A stretch of DNA of 64,000 bases from Pseudomonadota bacterium (lineage in GTDB: Bacteria > Myxococcota > JACRCW01 > JAFGSX01), in assembly GCA_043821645.1 (NCBI GenBank), contig JBDRCO010000087.1:128001-192000 (forward strand). The letters run 5' to 3'. The position numbers and the translations under genes were made by a program. Below, in pieces: positions 28,785 to 38,219 of this stretch; position 1 is the first letter of the stretch; each line of letters starts with the position of its first letter. A model generated the notes under the pieces. That model was not told where the DNA came from and made no database searches. It saw only the letters and a list, made by a program, of their open reading frames with translations.

Positions 28785-29438
28785 TCAGCGTGCCTTCAAC
28801 AGTTTGAAGGCGTGCCCCCAGCTGTTCGAGCGCAGGCCCGGGATGCACCACAGCATGCACAGCGGCTCGATGGCGCGGGCCGCCTGCACACCGCCCATGT
28901 CCTCATACTCCCAGCCGAAGGTGTCGAGGATGTCCTCGACCTCCTTCTTGGCTGCCTCGTCGTCTCCACAGATGAACATGGTGGGCTTGCCGGCTTCGAA
29001 AACCGGGTCGACCATGAAGGCGGAACCCACGCAACTGAAGGCCTTGACGAAGCGGGCCTTGGGTGCGGCCTGCTGCAGCCTCTCCATCAGCGAGGTCTTG
29101 AGGTCGGTGAAGAAGTGCAACACACCGTTCTCGGCGGGCTCCTCCGAGATGGGATTGGTGGCGTCGATGATCAGGCGTCCGTCGAGGAGAGACCCGAGGG
29201 AGCGCACCAGGGCCTCGGCGGCGCGGCCAGACACGGCCAGCACCACGATGTCCGCGAAGCCCGCGGCCTGCTCGAAGCTACCGACCAGGCCCTTGCCCTC
29301 GGTGCGCGTCATCCACGCGCCGAGTTTTTTCGGATCGCGGGTGCCCAGGGTGACGATGTCGCCGTGCTTGATGAAGCCCGCGCCCAGGGTCTGCGCCACC
29401 ATGCCCGAGCCCAGGATGCCGATCTTGCGCTGTGTCAC
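28785..29438 (-). CDS. NAD(P)-binding oxidoreductase (F420-dependent NADP oxidoreductase-like)
   Basis: KIGILGSGMVA, IIDATNP, RFVKAF, MFICGDDEAAK. GTG 29438 follows GAGGAGG. Confidence 0.85.
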   Translation of the reverse strand: MTQRKIGILGSGMVAQTLGAGFIKHGDIVTLGTRDPKKLGAWMTRTEGKGLVGSFEQAAGFADIVVLAVSGRAAEALVRSLGSLLDGRLIIDATNPISEEPAENGVLHFFTDLKTSLMERLQQAAPKARFVKAFSCVGSAFMVDPVFEAGKPTMFICGDDEAAKKEVEDILDTFGWEYEDMGGVQAARAIEPLCMLWCIPGLRSNSWGHAFKLLKAR

Positions 29439-29579
29439 GGGAACCTCCTCGCGGCGCTGCGGCCCCTGAGGGGGGCGCATGCCACACTCGATGCGCTACG
29501 TAGTGACCGCCACAAGCACGCGCAGGGAGTGAGACGGGGAGCTGGGTTGAGGAGAAGATTCGTCTGGTGGGCCCGGCGC

Positions 29580-30239
29580 TCAGCTGATCTCGCGCAGCAA
29601 ATCTGCCACTCCCTGGGACAGCGTGCCGTCGAGGCCGGCGAGCAAGGCCGCGAGACCGAACTCGAACTCCTCGTCGACACTGCGCGGCGTGGCCAGGGTC
29701 AGGGCTGCCGTGGTGTGGGGAAAATCCTCGCCCGCCGCTTCGAGCATGGCTGCCGCCTGGCCCAGGCTGGCCTGGGTGTCTGCATGCAACGCACAGTGGC
29801 CCACCACCAGGTGGTGGAACAGGTGCAGCGCGCTGAGAGCCTGCGCCCCGGCAAAGCCCGCCTCGCGGAACAGCGCCAGCAGCATCTCGACGAAGGGCAG
29901 GCTGCCCGGGGTGAGCACGGGCCGGGTCGAGAACAGTGGCAGGCAGCGCGGGTGCCTGAGCAGGATGAAGCGAAAGGCCCGCGCCACCGTGCGCAGGTCC
30001 TCCCGCCAGCGCCCACCCAGGGTCATGGCGGGCATCTCGCGCAGGACGACCTCGTGCACACCGTCCAGCAGGTCGTTCTTGCTGGCGACATAGCGGTACA
30101 GCGACATGGCCTCCACGCCCAGATCATCGCCGAGCTTGCGCATGCTCAGGGCATCCAGACCCTCCCGGTCCACGAAGCGCACCGCGGCTTGCAGGATCAG
30201 CGGCCGTGACAGCCCGGTCTTGACTGTTTTGCTTTCCAT
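29580..30239 (-). CDS. TetR/AcrR family regulator with TetR_C-type C-terminus
   Basis: HTH LSMRKLGDDLGVEAMSLYRYVASKNDLL; C-terminal EEFEFGLAALLAG. Confidence 0.93.
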   Translation of the reverse strand: MESKTVKTGLSRPLILQAAVRFVDREGLDALSMRKLGDDLGVEAMSLYRYVASKNDLLDGVHEVVLREMPAMTLGGRWREDLRTVARAFRFILLRHPRCLPLFSTRPVLTPGSLPFVEMLLALFREAGFAGAQALSALHLFHHLVVGHCALHADTQASLGQAAAMLEAAGEDFPHTTAALTLATPRSVDEEFEFGLAALLAGLDGTLSQGVADLLREIS

Positions 30240-30260
30240 CTTGACCTCGGCTCCGTAAGC

Positions 30261-30455
30261 GTACGCTGTATGTGACATAACCGGCCTGATTACGTATGCC
30301 TTACACTGTCTTGCTGACACTGTAAATGAGATAGATTTACGCTGTCAGGTCACTTACAGCGTCAGCCGAGATGGACTGACACACGCTGTCTGTGCACTGG
30401 CACTGCTGTGTTTACAGCGTCACGGAGGCCAAACATCGTAAGGCGATAGGTGTAA
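30261..30455. promoter_or_regulatory. Array of about 8 imperfect palindromic 11-bp boxes T(T/G)AC(A/G)N(T/C)GT(A/C)A, probable TetR operators
   Basis: Copies at 30261, 30301, 30315, 30337, 30354, 30381, 30412 and 30431, directly upstream of tetR in a lower-GC stretch. Confidence 0.6.
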
Positions 30456-30562
30456 GCCGGGCATCCCGTGGCAGCCCGCAGGCCATCGCTCGCAGGACCC
30501 ACCGTTTTGTCCCAGGCGCCAAGGGCGGTGTCGATACCAGCGGGCCGGAAGGTGGCGACTCG

Positions 30563-30916
30563 CTATGGATTCTTGAGGTCCAGGCTGTAGATGAAGCCGC
30601 TCTCGCCGGGCTGCGTCCACGCGAGCTCGACGGCCTTGTACAGCACGAAGCGCACGCAGACCTCTCCCCGGGGGTCTGTCTTGGGCGGGTCGTAACACAC
30701 GCGGGGGGTACCCTCACCCTTGCGCGGCGGGCCCAGCACCAGGGTGACCTGGCGCTCGCTCATGCCTGCCTTCACGCCCAGCACGCTGCGATCCAGGTAG
30801 CTGCGCTGCTCGCCGTTCATCTTCGCCATGGCCTGCTCGTTGGCCGTGGCGCAGCCCGTGCCCGCCAGCGTCCATGCCAGCAAGAAACCCGCGATACGCA
30901 CCATGCATGTCTTCAT
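30563..30916 (-). CDS. Small lipoprotein (SmpA/OmlA-like motif)
   Basis: Lipobox GTGC; VKAGMSERQVTLVLGPP. Confidence 0.6.
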   Translation of the reverse strand: MKTCMVRIAGFLLAWTLAGTGCATANEQAMAKMNGEQRSYLDRSVLGVKAGMSERQVTLVLGPPRKGEGTPRVCYDPPKTDPRGEVCVRFVLYKAVELAWTQPGESGFIYSLDLKNP

Positions 30917-31119
30917 GTCAGGGTCTCCATCCATCCCATGCGGGGGACATTGTGCCTGATCTCGCCACGCCGTCCAGTCCTGATGACGAGCCCCGGGCCG
31001 TCTTTGCGCCTGCGGTGTGGCAGCTTTCTTCGATCTCCTCCCTGTCAGAGCTAGAATGAATGCTCGATCGTCCTGCCGCGTCCGACAGCAGCAGTGACAT
31101 TGTGATGGGGTGGTCTGCC

Positions 31120-31965
31120 ATGAAGAAGACAATGTGGATGGGGACGGTGCTCGGACTCCTGCTCTGTGGCCCGGTGTGGGCTGGCGAGGTGGCCTACGTC
31201 GACTGGACGCGGGCCGAGTCCGACGATCTCAAGCATTCGGGCTATGCCGCCTTCGATGGCGATGAGTCCACTGCCTGGTGTTCGGGCCCGGATGGCGTGG
31301 GTGATGTGCTCACCCTGGGTTTCATCGGTACTCAGAAGGTGGACGAGATCGGTGTGATCGTGGGGTTGCTGGCCAAGGGTGAGCTCGACAAGAATTCCTC
31401 GCGGCTGCGCGAGCTCGAGGTCTCCGACGGCAAGACCAAGCAGATCCTCGTGTTCAAGGACAAGCCCACGGTGCAGAGCATCAAGATCCAGCCGGCACAG
31501 GACTCGCAGCGCATGACCTTCAGTGTGGCCAATGTCTTCGCTGGTGAGCGGCGCTCGTCTCCTGTGTGCATCACCGAGATCGTGCTGCGGCACAAGGGCC
31601 GGGCGCTGACCGGCGATGTGCTCAAGGCGAACATTCGCGGCCTCAACAGCACGCGCCAGCCCCTGGTTCACCTGTGGGTGGACCAGCCCGGCGCCCCCGA
31701 GCGCTACCTGACCCTCGGCATGGATGGAACCTTCCTGTGGGTCCATGCCCCCATTCTCGAGGGCAAGCGCGTGCGCCTGCAGGGAACCTGGAGCGCGTCA
31801 GCCAACAAGATCACGTTCAAGGCGAGCAGCGGCAAGAGCGGCACCGTCACCTACCGCATGGATCGCGTGGCCGATGGCGACAACGTGTTCTCCCAGCTGG
31901 TGCTGGAAGGAGAGGGCCTGCACGAGGCCTTCGCCGCGACCTACCAGACCACGAGCAAGCGCTGA
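31120..31965 (+). CDS. Secreted protein with discoidin/galactose-binding-like domain
   Basis: Signal peptide (PVWA); AAFDGDESTAWCSG..GVGDVLTL, NSSRLRELEV, VCITEI. Confidence 0.65.
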   Translation: MKKTMWMGTVLGLLLCGPVWAGEVAYVDWTRAESDDLKHSGYAAFDGDESTAWCSGPDGVGDVLTLGFIGTQKVDEIGVIVGLLAKGELDKNSSRLRELEVSDGKTKQILVFKDKPTVQSIKIQPAQDSQRMTFSVANVFAGERRSSPVCITEIVLRHKGRALTGDVLKANIRGLNSTRQPLVHLWVDQPGAPERYLTLGMDGTFLWVHAPILEGKRVRLQGTWSASANKITFKASSGKSGTVTYRMDRVADGDNVFSQLVLEGEGLHEAFAATYQTTSKR

Positions 31966-32075
31966 GGCTGGTATCGCTTCGTCCTCACGCGACCCGCCAG
32001 GTGGACAGGCCCCCCCTTCCATCCACACCCTGGATTCCTCCCCTCATCTCGCACTATTGTCGTCGGAGCGGATGG

Positions 32076-32435
32076 TCAGCGAAGGCCACGCACCTTGTCC
32101 GTCAGAGTGGTCTGTCCGTCGACGGTGAGGTAGGGACGGAGCCGGTCCAGGGTCTTGCGGCCAATGCCCCGCACACTCAGGAGCTGTTCCTTGCGCGTGA
32201 AGGGGGCGCGTTCCCGCTTCGCGATGATGGCCCGGGCCTTGGACTCCCCTATCCCGGGTAGCAGCATCAGTTGCTCCACCGTCGCTGTGTTGAGGTTGAC
32301 CACTCCAGGCCCCCGCGGGGATTTGCTGGCCTCGACCAGTACCACCTGCGGTGGTGCGACCTCGCTGGCCCCGCCCGGCGACGCCGCCAGCAGCAGGCAA
32401 AGGAGCAGCAGTCCGTGTAAATGTTCTCGCTGCAT
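32076..32435 (-). CDS. comEA: ComEA-like helix-hairpin-helix DNA-binding protein
   Basis: Signal peptide; VNLNTATVEQLMLLPGIGESKARAII and LLSVRGIGRKTL; ATG follows GGAGG. Confidence 0.88.
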   Translation of the reverse strand: MQREHLHGLLLLCLLLAASPGGASEVAPPQVVLVEASKSPRGPGVVNLNTATVEQLMLLPGIGESKARAIIAKRERAPFTRKEQLLSVRGIGRKTLDRLRPYLTVDGQTTLTDKVRGLR

Positions 32436-32452
32436 GATGGCACCTCCCGTCG

Positions 32453-32686
32453 TCACGAGGCCTTGCGTTCGTCGCGCTCGCTGTACTCGCGGATGTGTAG
32501 CCGGCCGTTGACCGGCAAGGCATCGAGCAGCACGGTGAGGGACTCGTCGCGATTGACGAAGGCAGCGCCGACTTGACGCCAGAAGCTTTTGCCCTCGCCG
32601 GTCTCGATGATGGTGTAGACCACCTTGCGCTGCTTGTTGCCGTTGCCGTTACCGTTGCTGGTCGGGGTCCCATTCTGACTTGCCAT
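32453..32686 (-). CDS. Small hypothetical protein (W-x-x-VGAAFVNRD..LDALP motif)
   Basis: 77 aa, GAGAGG RBS, protein-like composition; co-directional with comEA. Confidence 0.75.
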   Translation of the reverse strand: MASQNGTPTSNGNGNGNKQRKVVYTIIETGEGKSFWRQVGAAFVNRDESLTVLLDALPVNGRLHIREYSERDERKAS

Positions 32687-32766
32687 GACACACCTCTCTT
32701 GTGACGGCGCCCCATCCTGGGTGCGCCGGGGTTAACGGTCTCGTCGCTGCTCTTGTGCGGAACTAG

Positions 32767-32782
32767 TTCAGGACCCGTGCCA
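32767..32782 (-). promoter_or_regulatory. Possible sigma-54 promoter (-24 TGGCACG, atypical -12 CTGAA)
   Basis: Minus strand reads TGGCACGGGTCCTGAA about 80 nt upstream of the 32686 start. It overlaps the palindrome GAACTAGTTC (32760-32769). Confidence 0.35.
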
Positions 32783-32930
32783 GGCCGCAGGAGTCGCGAG
32801 AATCCTGGTGGAATTCGTATCAAGCGGTGCGCCGAACCGAGGCCGCTGTCGCAGATCGCATCGCGGTGATGCAGACTGCAGCGCAGGGCACAGGGCGGGC
32901 GTGGACAGGTTCAAAGATCCGAGGTGGTGC

Positions 32931-34124
32931 TCAGGCTGGCGCGGCGAGGAGCCAGGCTGCGCGCAGGTGGTGGAGCACGCCTCCTGGTTCGGTCCACGGG
33001 TGGTCCGCGCCCTGGTCACCGGGGCCCACCACGAGCACCGGCCGGGCGCAGCGCTGGCCTGCCTGCACGGCGGCCCGCTCGATGAAGTCGGGAGCCAGAC
33101 CCCGGGCATTGGCGCAGGCCAGCAGCACGCCATGCGCGGCCAGCAGCGGCAGGCACGCCTCCAGCAGGACCGGCAGATCGCGTTCCACGCGAAAGACCTG
33201 GCGGCCGCTCGCGAAGGCAGGCGGGTCGACGATGATCAGATCGTAGTGCTCGTGGCGGCGCAGCGCGCGAGCCACCCAGTCGCGCGCATCCTCGGCGAGA
33301 AAGCGGTGCCGGCGCGGGTCCTGCCCGTTGAGGACGAGGTTCTCGGCAGCCCAGCGCAGGCAGGCCTGGCTGAGATCGACGTGGTCGATGCGTGCGCAGC
33401 CACCCAGGGCCGCCGCGACGGTGAAGCCGCCGGCATGGGCGAACAGGTTGAGGACGCGCCGCCCCCGGGCCAGCTCGCGGACTCGACGCCGCTGCGCGCG
33501 CTGGTCCGCGAACAGCCCGGTGCCAAGCTGGGTGTCGTCGAGCCGTACCCGGAAGCGCATGCCTTCCTCGAGCACGATGACGTCGTGGCGAGGCGGGCCA
33601 AACCAGCGATCGAGGTCGCCGGCCCGTCCGCCGTGGCGCACCCGCTCGACCACCCGCACCGAGGGGCGCTGCCGCTGCACGGCCTGGCCCAGGGCCTCGG
33701 CATGACGGCGGTAGGCCGCGCCGTAGGTCTGCACCAGGGCGGTGTCACCGTACACGTCGACGGTCACACCCGGCAGGCCATCGGCGGCGTCGTGCACGGC
33801 GCGATACACGGTGGTATCGGGCGGCACCAGGGCGCGCCGGCGTTCAAAGGCACACTCGACCCGGGTCGCGAGAAGTTCCGGCAGGGCTCGGAGCTCGCCC
33901 ACCCCCAGATCCCAGGCCACGAGGTCCGCATCTCCCTCGACGAGGAGGAGGTGTGGCTGGTCGTCGACGGGAAAAGCGATCAGGTCGCCGGTGTGTGCAG
34001 ATCTCGGCAGGACGAGCGGGCCCAGGCGTCCCTCGCCGCGGGCGGCGGGCCGTGGCGGGCGCTGACGGGGTCCGGGGGTGCGCACGGGAGGAAGGGGCGT
34101 CGCAGGCGATCTGCGAGAGGTCAA
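32931..34124 (-). CDS. Class I SAM-dependent rRNA methyltransferase (RlmI/RlmK-like)
   Basis: DGLPGVTVDVYG, TGLFADQR, RVLNLFAHAGGF, DLIIVDPPAF. Start (TTG) uncertain. Confidence 0.85.
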   Translation of the reverse strand: MTSRRSPATPLPPVRTPGPRQRPPRPAARGEGRLGPLVLPRSAHTGDLIAFPVDDQPHLLLVEGDADLVAWDLGVGELRALPELLATRVECAFERRRALVPPDTTVYRAVHDAADGLPGVTVDVYGDTALVQTYGAAYRRHAEALGQAVQRQRPSVRVVERVRHGGRAGDLDRWFGPPRHDVIVLEEGMRFRVRLDDTQLGTGLFADQRAQRRRVRELARGRRVLNLFAHAGGFTVAAALGGCARIDHVDLSQACLRWAAENLVLNGQDPRRHRFLAEDARDWVARALRRHEHYDLIIVDPPAFASGRQVFRVERDLPVLLEACLPLLAAHGVLLACANARGLAPDFIERAAVQAGQRCARPVLVVGPGDQGADHPWTEPGGVLHHLRAAWLLAAPA

Positions 34125-34693
34125 TGCGGCGCTCCTGTCCGACGCTGGGAGCGGACCCGCGACAGCAACAGCTCGAGCATGGCGACGGGATCCTCGGGCA
34201 GGCTGCCACGCCAGTCGACCACGGCGCTCAGGGCGTGCTGTGCGGCACTGGCCGCGGTCGCGACCACGTCGTCGAGGACCAGGTCCACCGGGGCGTCCGC
34301 CAGGGCGTCCCCGGGGAGCGAGGCCTCGAGCTCCTCGAGTCTCTCACGGGCCAGGGCGTTGGCAGGATCGGCAGCCGTGATCTGACGATAGATCTCCGCG
34401 GCGCCGACGAGGTCACCCGAGTTGGCCAGGACCTCGGCCCGGGCCTCGTTGGAGGGAGGCTCGAGCACCGGGCTCCGCGCCACCACTCGCAGGCTGTCCT
34501 CGTCGGGACCCTGCTCCTCGACCAGGACACGAATGCGCGCCAGCCGCGAGGAGGCCAGGGCGCTCTCGGTGGGGTCCAGCCCGGGAAGCCGGGACAGCGA
34601 GAGATAAACGACCAGGGCCTCGTCGTGACGGCCGGAGCGCGCGAGTTGATCGCCCTCGATCAGGGTCCGCGCGAAATCGAGCGTGATGTTCAT
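34121..34693 (-). CDS. Hypothetical TPR-like protein
   Basis: AEVLANSGDLVGAAEIYRQITAADPANALARERL; stop overlaps the next gene start. Confidence 0.6.
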   Translation of the reverse strand: MNITLDFARTLIEGDQLARSGRHDEALVVYLSLSRLPGLDPTESALASSRLARIRVLVEEQGPDEDSLRVVARSPVLEPPSNEARAEVLANSGDLVGAAEIYRQITAADPANALARERLEELEASLPGDALADAPVDLVLDDVVATAASAAQHALSAVVDWRGSLPEDPVAMLELLLSRVRSQRRTGAPH

Positions 34694-34802
34694 GCTGGCC
34701 TCTTCTTCTGGGGACGGTTGGCCCGTCCCCTCGTCGGCGGGAGTGAATCCCACCGACTTCACCCCTGGCAGCACCTCGAGCTGTCGAAGGGCCGACAGTT
34801 CT

Positions 34803-35081
34803 TCAATAGAAGAATCTGGCCTTGTGGGTCAGCCGGGCTACGCCCTTGTCGTCGAGCTTGTAGACCATCACGGTCTGGCTGTCGCCGTGGTCCTTGATCG
34901 ACACCACCGTGTCCGGCGGCAGCGCCGCGACGCTGGCGGGCGGTGCCGGGGTCATCGGCGACGAGGTGGTGACACTGACCGCGGGTGCTGCTGGAACCTG
35001 GGCGTGTGCCAGGGTCCCTGCCGTAGCCAGGGCACCCAGGAGCACACCGGTCAGCACACCAAGCAGGGTCGAACGGGTCAT
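34803..35081 (-). CDS. Small secreted hypothetical protein
   Basis: Signal peptide ending AHA; start overlaps the jag stop; GGAG RBS. Confidence 0.65.
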   Translation of the reverse strand: MTRSTLLGVLTGVLLGALATAGTLAHAQVPAAPAVSVTTSSPMTPAPPASVAALPPDTVVSIKDHGDSQTVMVYKLDDKGVARLTHKARFFY

Positions 35082-36079
35082 GATGGCTCCTGGGTGTCCG
35101 GCGCCACGGGTGCCACGGGCTCCACCGGCGCGGCCTCGGGCAGCTTGGCACGCGGGACGACGAGCAACTTGCGCGCGCCACCCTCGCCCTCGCTCATGGT
35201 GACCACATCGGGATGGGTCTCCAGCGTGACGTGCACGATGCGGCGGGCGTCGGATTTCATGGGGGCCAGCGACAGCACCCGGTTGGCCTTCACGGCATGG
35301 TCGGCAAGCTTGAGGGCCATGCTGCGCAGGGCTTCTTCTTCGGGGCCAGCCAGGGTCGCGCTGCGGGGGCCACCGGCGGAGCTGCCGACGCCTGCAGCAT
35401 GCTGCACGTGCACGACCAGGCGGATGCGGTCATCGGGAAAGCGATTGACGACCTTGTTGGTCAGGAAGTTCAGAGCTGACAGGGCCGCCGAGTTCCGGGT
35501 GAACAGGGGCGCGTCCGACCCTTGCTCGCTCACCAGCACGACCACCTTGGGCTGGCCGCTCTCCTCGACCAGCTCGGCCTGGATGGTGGCCTCGCGCTGG
35601 CAGAGCTTCACGATCGCACGGCACACGTCCTCGGCACTGGCCCGCTTGACCTCGGGATCGCTCTTGAGGACGTAGTTGGTGCTGGGACCGTCGTCGTCAT
35701 CGTCGCGGCTGCGTGCGGGACGTGGCGCGCGCTCGGCGCCCGGCGCTTCGCTGCGGCCCTCAACCCGGCCGTCGCCCCGGCCGTCGCCCCGCCGCCGTCG
35801 CCGCCGTCGCCGCTTGCCCCCTGCCGGACCCTGGCCCTGGCTCGGACCCTGGCTCTGGCTCTGGCTCGGGCCTGGACGGCCACCGCCGCGGTGCTGCCGG
35901 TTGCCGATGTCATCGTCGATGTGCGGGCCCTCGTCCGTGGGGCGGCGCCGGTTGCCAATGTCATCAGCCAGGGCGTTCTCGTCGGCCTGCCTGACGCGGT
36001 TGCCGATGTTGTCGTCGGGTTCATCGTCGTGCGGGGGGCGCCGGGGTGACCCGTCATCGATGTTCTGGGCGTCGCTCAT
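35078..36079 (-). CDS. jag: Jag/KhpB (EloR)-like R3H protein with atypical N-terminus
   Basis: R3H motif PMKSDARRIVH and SEGEGGARKLLVVP; KH-like ALSALNFL; lies downstream of yidC. Confidence 0.8.
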   Translation of the reverse strand: MSDAQNIDDGSPRRPPHDDEPDDNIGNRVRQADENALADDIGNRRRPTDEGPHIDDDIGNRQHRGGGRPGPSQSQSQGPSQGQGPAGGKRRRRRRRRGDGRGDGRVEGRSEAPGAERAPRPARSRDDDDDGPSTNYVLKSDPEVKRASAEDVCRAIVKLCQREATIQAELVEESGQPKVVVLVSEQGSDAPLFTRNSAALSALNFLTNKVVNRFPDDRIRLVVHVQHAAGVGSSAGGPRSATLAGPEEEALRSMALKLADHAVKANRVLSLAPMKSDARRIVHVTLETHPDVVTMSEGEGGARKLLVVPRAKLPEAAPVEPVAPVAPDTQEPS

Positions 36080-36313
36080 GACTTGATGGCTCCTCGTCGG
36101 TCAGGTGTGCCCGGGGCCGGACCTCGACCGCTTGCGCGGGTCCACAATAGGTCCCCTCCCGGGATGGCGCTGGCGCGTCCAGGGTGCGATCGACGGCTGT
36201 TCCAGCAACCGGTGACGCGCTCGCTTGTCAGGCAGACCCGGCACCTGAAGCGCCGGACACCCGGTGGCTACGCCAATCCTGGTCTGATCTTTACTAGGGC
36301 CGTGGGCTCGGGG

Positions 36314-38029
36314 TCAACTCGCGCGCGCGGCAGGGGTGGCTGCGGGGCTCTTGGTTCCGAACTTGCGGCGGATGTAGGCCTGCTGGATGACCGTCAGCAC
36401 GCTGTTGATCAGGATGTAGATGCCAAGTCCCGCGGGGAGCTGCAGCATGATGAAGCCGAAGAAGATCGGCATGCCCCACATCATGTACTTCATGGACGGA
36501 TTGTCCTGGGGCAGGGGAGTGAAGAACTGCTGCACCAGCATGAACGCGGTCACGAGGATGGGCAGCACGTAGGTGGGGTCCTTGAACGCCAGGTTGTCGA
36601 TCCAGCCCTCGATGAAGGGTTGCTGGTACAGCTCCACCGAGGTGTAGAGCGTGCGGTACAGGGCGATCCAGATGGGCATCTGCAGCGCCATGGGTAGACA
36701 GCCGCCCAGGGGGCTGACCTTGTGCTCCTTGAACAGCTCCATCTGCTTCTGGCCCAGCATCATGCGATCGGACTTGTACTTGGCCTGCAGCTCCTTGATC
36801 AGGGGCTGCACCTTCTTCATGCGCTCCGCGCTCTCGAAGGCCTTCTGGGTCACCGGCAACAGCACCAGCTTGACCGAGAAGGTGAGCAGGATGATGGCGA
36901 GCCCGTAGTTATGCACCCAGCCGTAGAACATCACCAGCAGCCACAGCATGGGGCGGGCGATCACGCCGAACCAGCCGAAGTCGATGGCCTCGACCACGTT
37001 CGACTGCAGCTTCTCCAGCCGATCGACCTGCTTGGGGCCGAAGTAGCCGGTGCTGACCAGGCGCAGGCTCTGGCCCGGAGAGATGGTGACCGGCAGGTAG
37101 CTCACCACGACCTGCAAGCCATGCTCGCCCAGGCGGCGGGCGCTGCACGACGCGGTCTGCCCCTCACGCGGCACCATGGCTGCCAGGAAAAACTGCCGAT
37201 CGATACCGGCCCAGGACACGGTCCCGCTCCGGGTTTCGTCCTTTTCATGCTTGGCACTGAGGGTGCGGTGCGTCACGTCGGTGCGGCAGGCCCAGCTCAT
37301 CTGGTCGACCGCCGGCGTGAACATGCTGCCGCCCTCGCGCTCGCCGCTGCGCTCCTGTCCGGTCACCGAGAGCTCGAGCTGCGCCGAGTGCGCGGTCGAA
37401 CCCCGATTCTCGAAGCTGTCCTCGACCTCGAAGGAGTAGCGGCTGTCGTCGAAGCGGAAGCTGCGCGTGACCACCACCCCGGTGCCCGTATCGTGCCGCA
37501 GGATGACCTTCTCTGGAGCCTGCTCGACGACCTCGTAGGCGGCATCGGCCGGCAGGGCGAAGGTGCCAGCGGTCGATCGCAGGGCGAAGGATCTGTCTCC
37601 GGCTCCCTTGCCAGGCACCAGATCCACCGGGGGCGGTGTCTTGCCCTTCTCGCGCTTGACCTCGTCCTCGAATTCCACGAGCTGGAAGTCGACAAAGGCG
37701 GCACCCCAGGTCGACAGGCGTGCGTGCACCACGTCGCTGCGCACCTCGACGAAGGCCTCGTCCGGGCGGACCGGAGCAGAGGAGGGCGCATGCATGGCTG
37801 ACCCGCTGATCGGGGCGCCGGCCGCGGAAAGCGGCGTCGCCTGGGCGAGGATACCGCCGTCCTCGCTTGTGGGCTGCGAGGCGGCGACGGGCGGCGTGTC
37901 AGGAGGCGGCGGGGACGGGAATAGCAGCGGCCACAGCATCCACAGCCCGGCGATGAGAGCCACCGCGAGCATCAGACGCCAGGTATCGCTGCCCCGCTCC
38001 TCCCCCGGGTAGCCTGGAGGCATTGCCAT
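36314..38029 (-). CDS. yidC: Membrane protein insertase YidC
   Basis: N-terminal TM, periplasmic domain, IDFGWFG, NYGLAIILLT, PLGGCLPMALQMPIWIALY, LPAGLGIY. Confidence 0.96.
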   Translation of the reverse strand: MAMPPGYPGEERGSDTWRLMLAVALIAGLWMLWPLLFPSPPPPDTPPVAASQPTSEDGGILAQATPLSAAGAPISGSAMHAPSSAPVRPDEAFVEVRSDVVHARLSTWGAAFVDFQLVEFEDEVKREKGKTPPPVDLVPGKGAGDRSFALRSTAGTFALPADAAYEVVEQAPEKVILRHDTGTGVVVTRSFRFDDSRYSFEVEDSFENRGSTAHSAQLELSVTGQERSGEREGGSMFTPAVDQMSWACRTDVTHRTLSAKHEKDETRSGTVSWAGIDRQFFLAAMVPREGQTASCSARRLGEHGLQVVVSYLPVTISPGQSLRLVSTGYFGPKQVDRLEKLQSNVVEAIDFGWFGVIARPMLWLLVMFYGWVHNYGLAIILLTFSVKLVLLPVTQKAFESAERMKKVQPLIKELQAKYKSDRMMLGQKQMELFKEHKVSPLGGCLPMALQMPIWIALYRTLYTSVELYQQPFIEGWIDNLAFKDPTYVLPILVTAFMLVQQFFTPLPQDNPSMKYMMWGMPIFFGFIMLQLPAGLGIYILINSVLTVIQQAYIRRKFGTKSPAATPAARAS

Positions 38030-38219
38030 GTTGATTCCATCACGAGGTCGTCGAAGGGACGCCTCGCGGTTGCATTGGCAGACCGCTCGCCGCTGGCAGG
38101 ACGAGGCGGGCGCACCATAAGCACGGCCTCCGGGCCTGTCAACGTTGGCCCGGCACTGCGGCTGTGGGGGCGCTCGCGAGGCGGTTGCGCACTGGAGGCT
38201 CGCGTGAGAAGTGTCGCGC

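Noticed and set aside
30261-30455. CRISPR array or plasmid iterons
   Set aside because: Units are only 11 bp, degenerate and irregularly spaced; no cas or rep gene nearby.
32756-32772. Myxococcus-type LexA box upstream of the comEA unit
   Set aside because: Only the GTTCAGG half matches; the left half and spacing do not fit.
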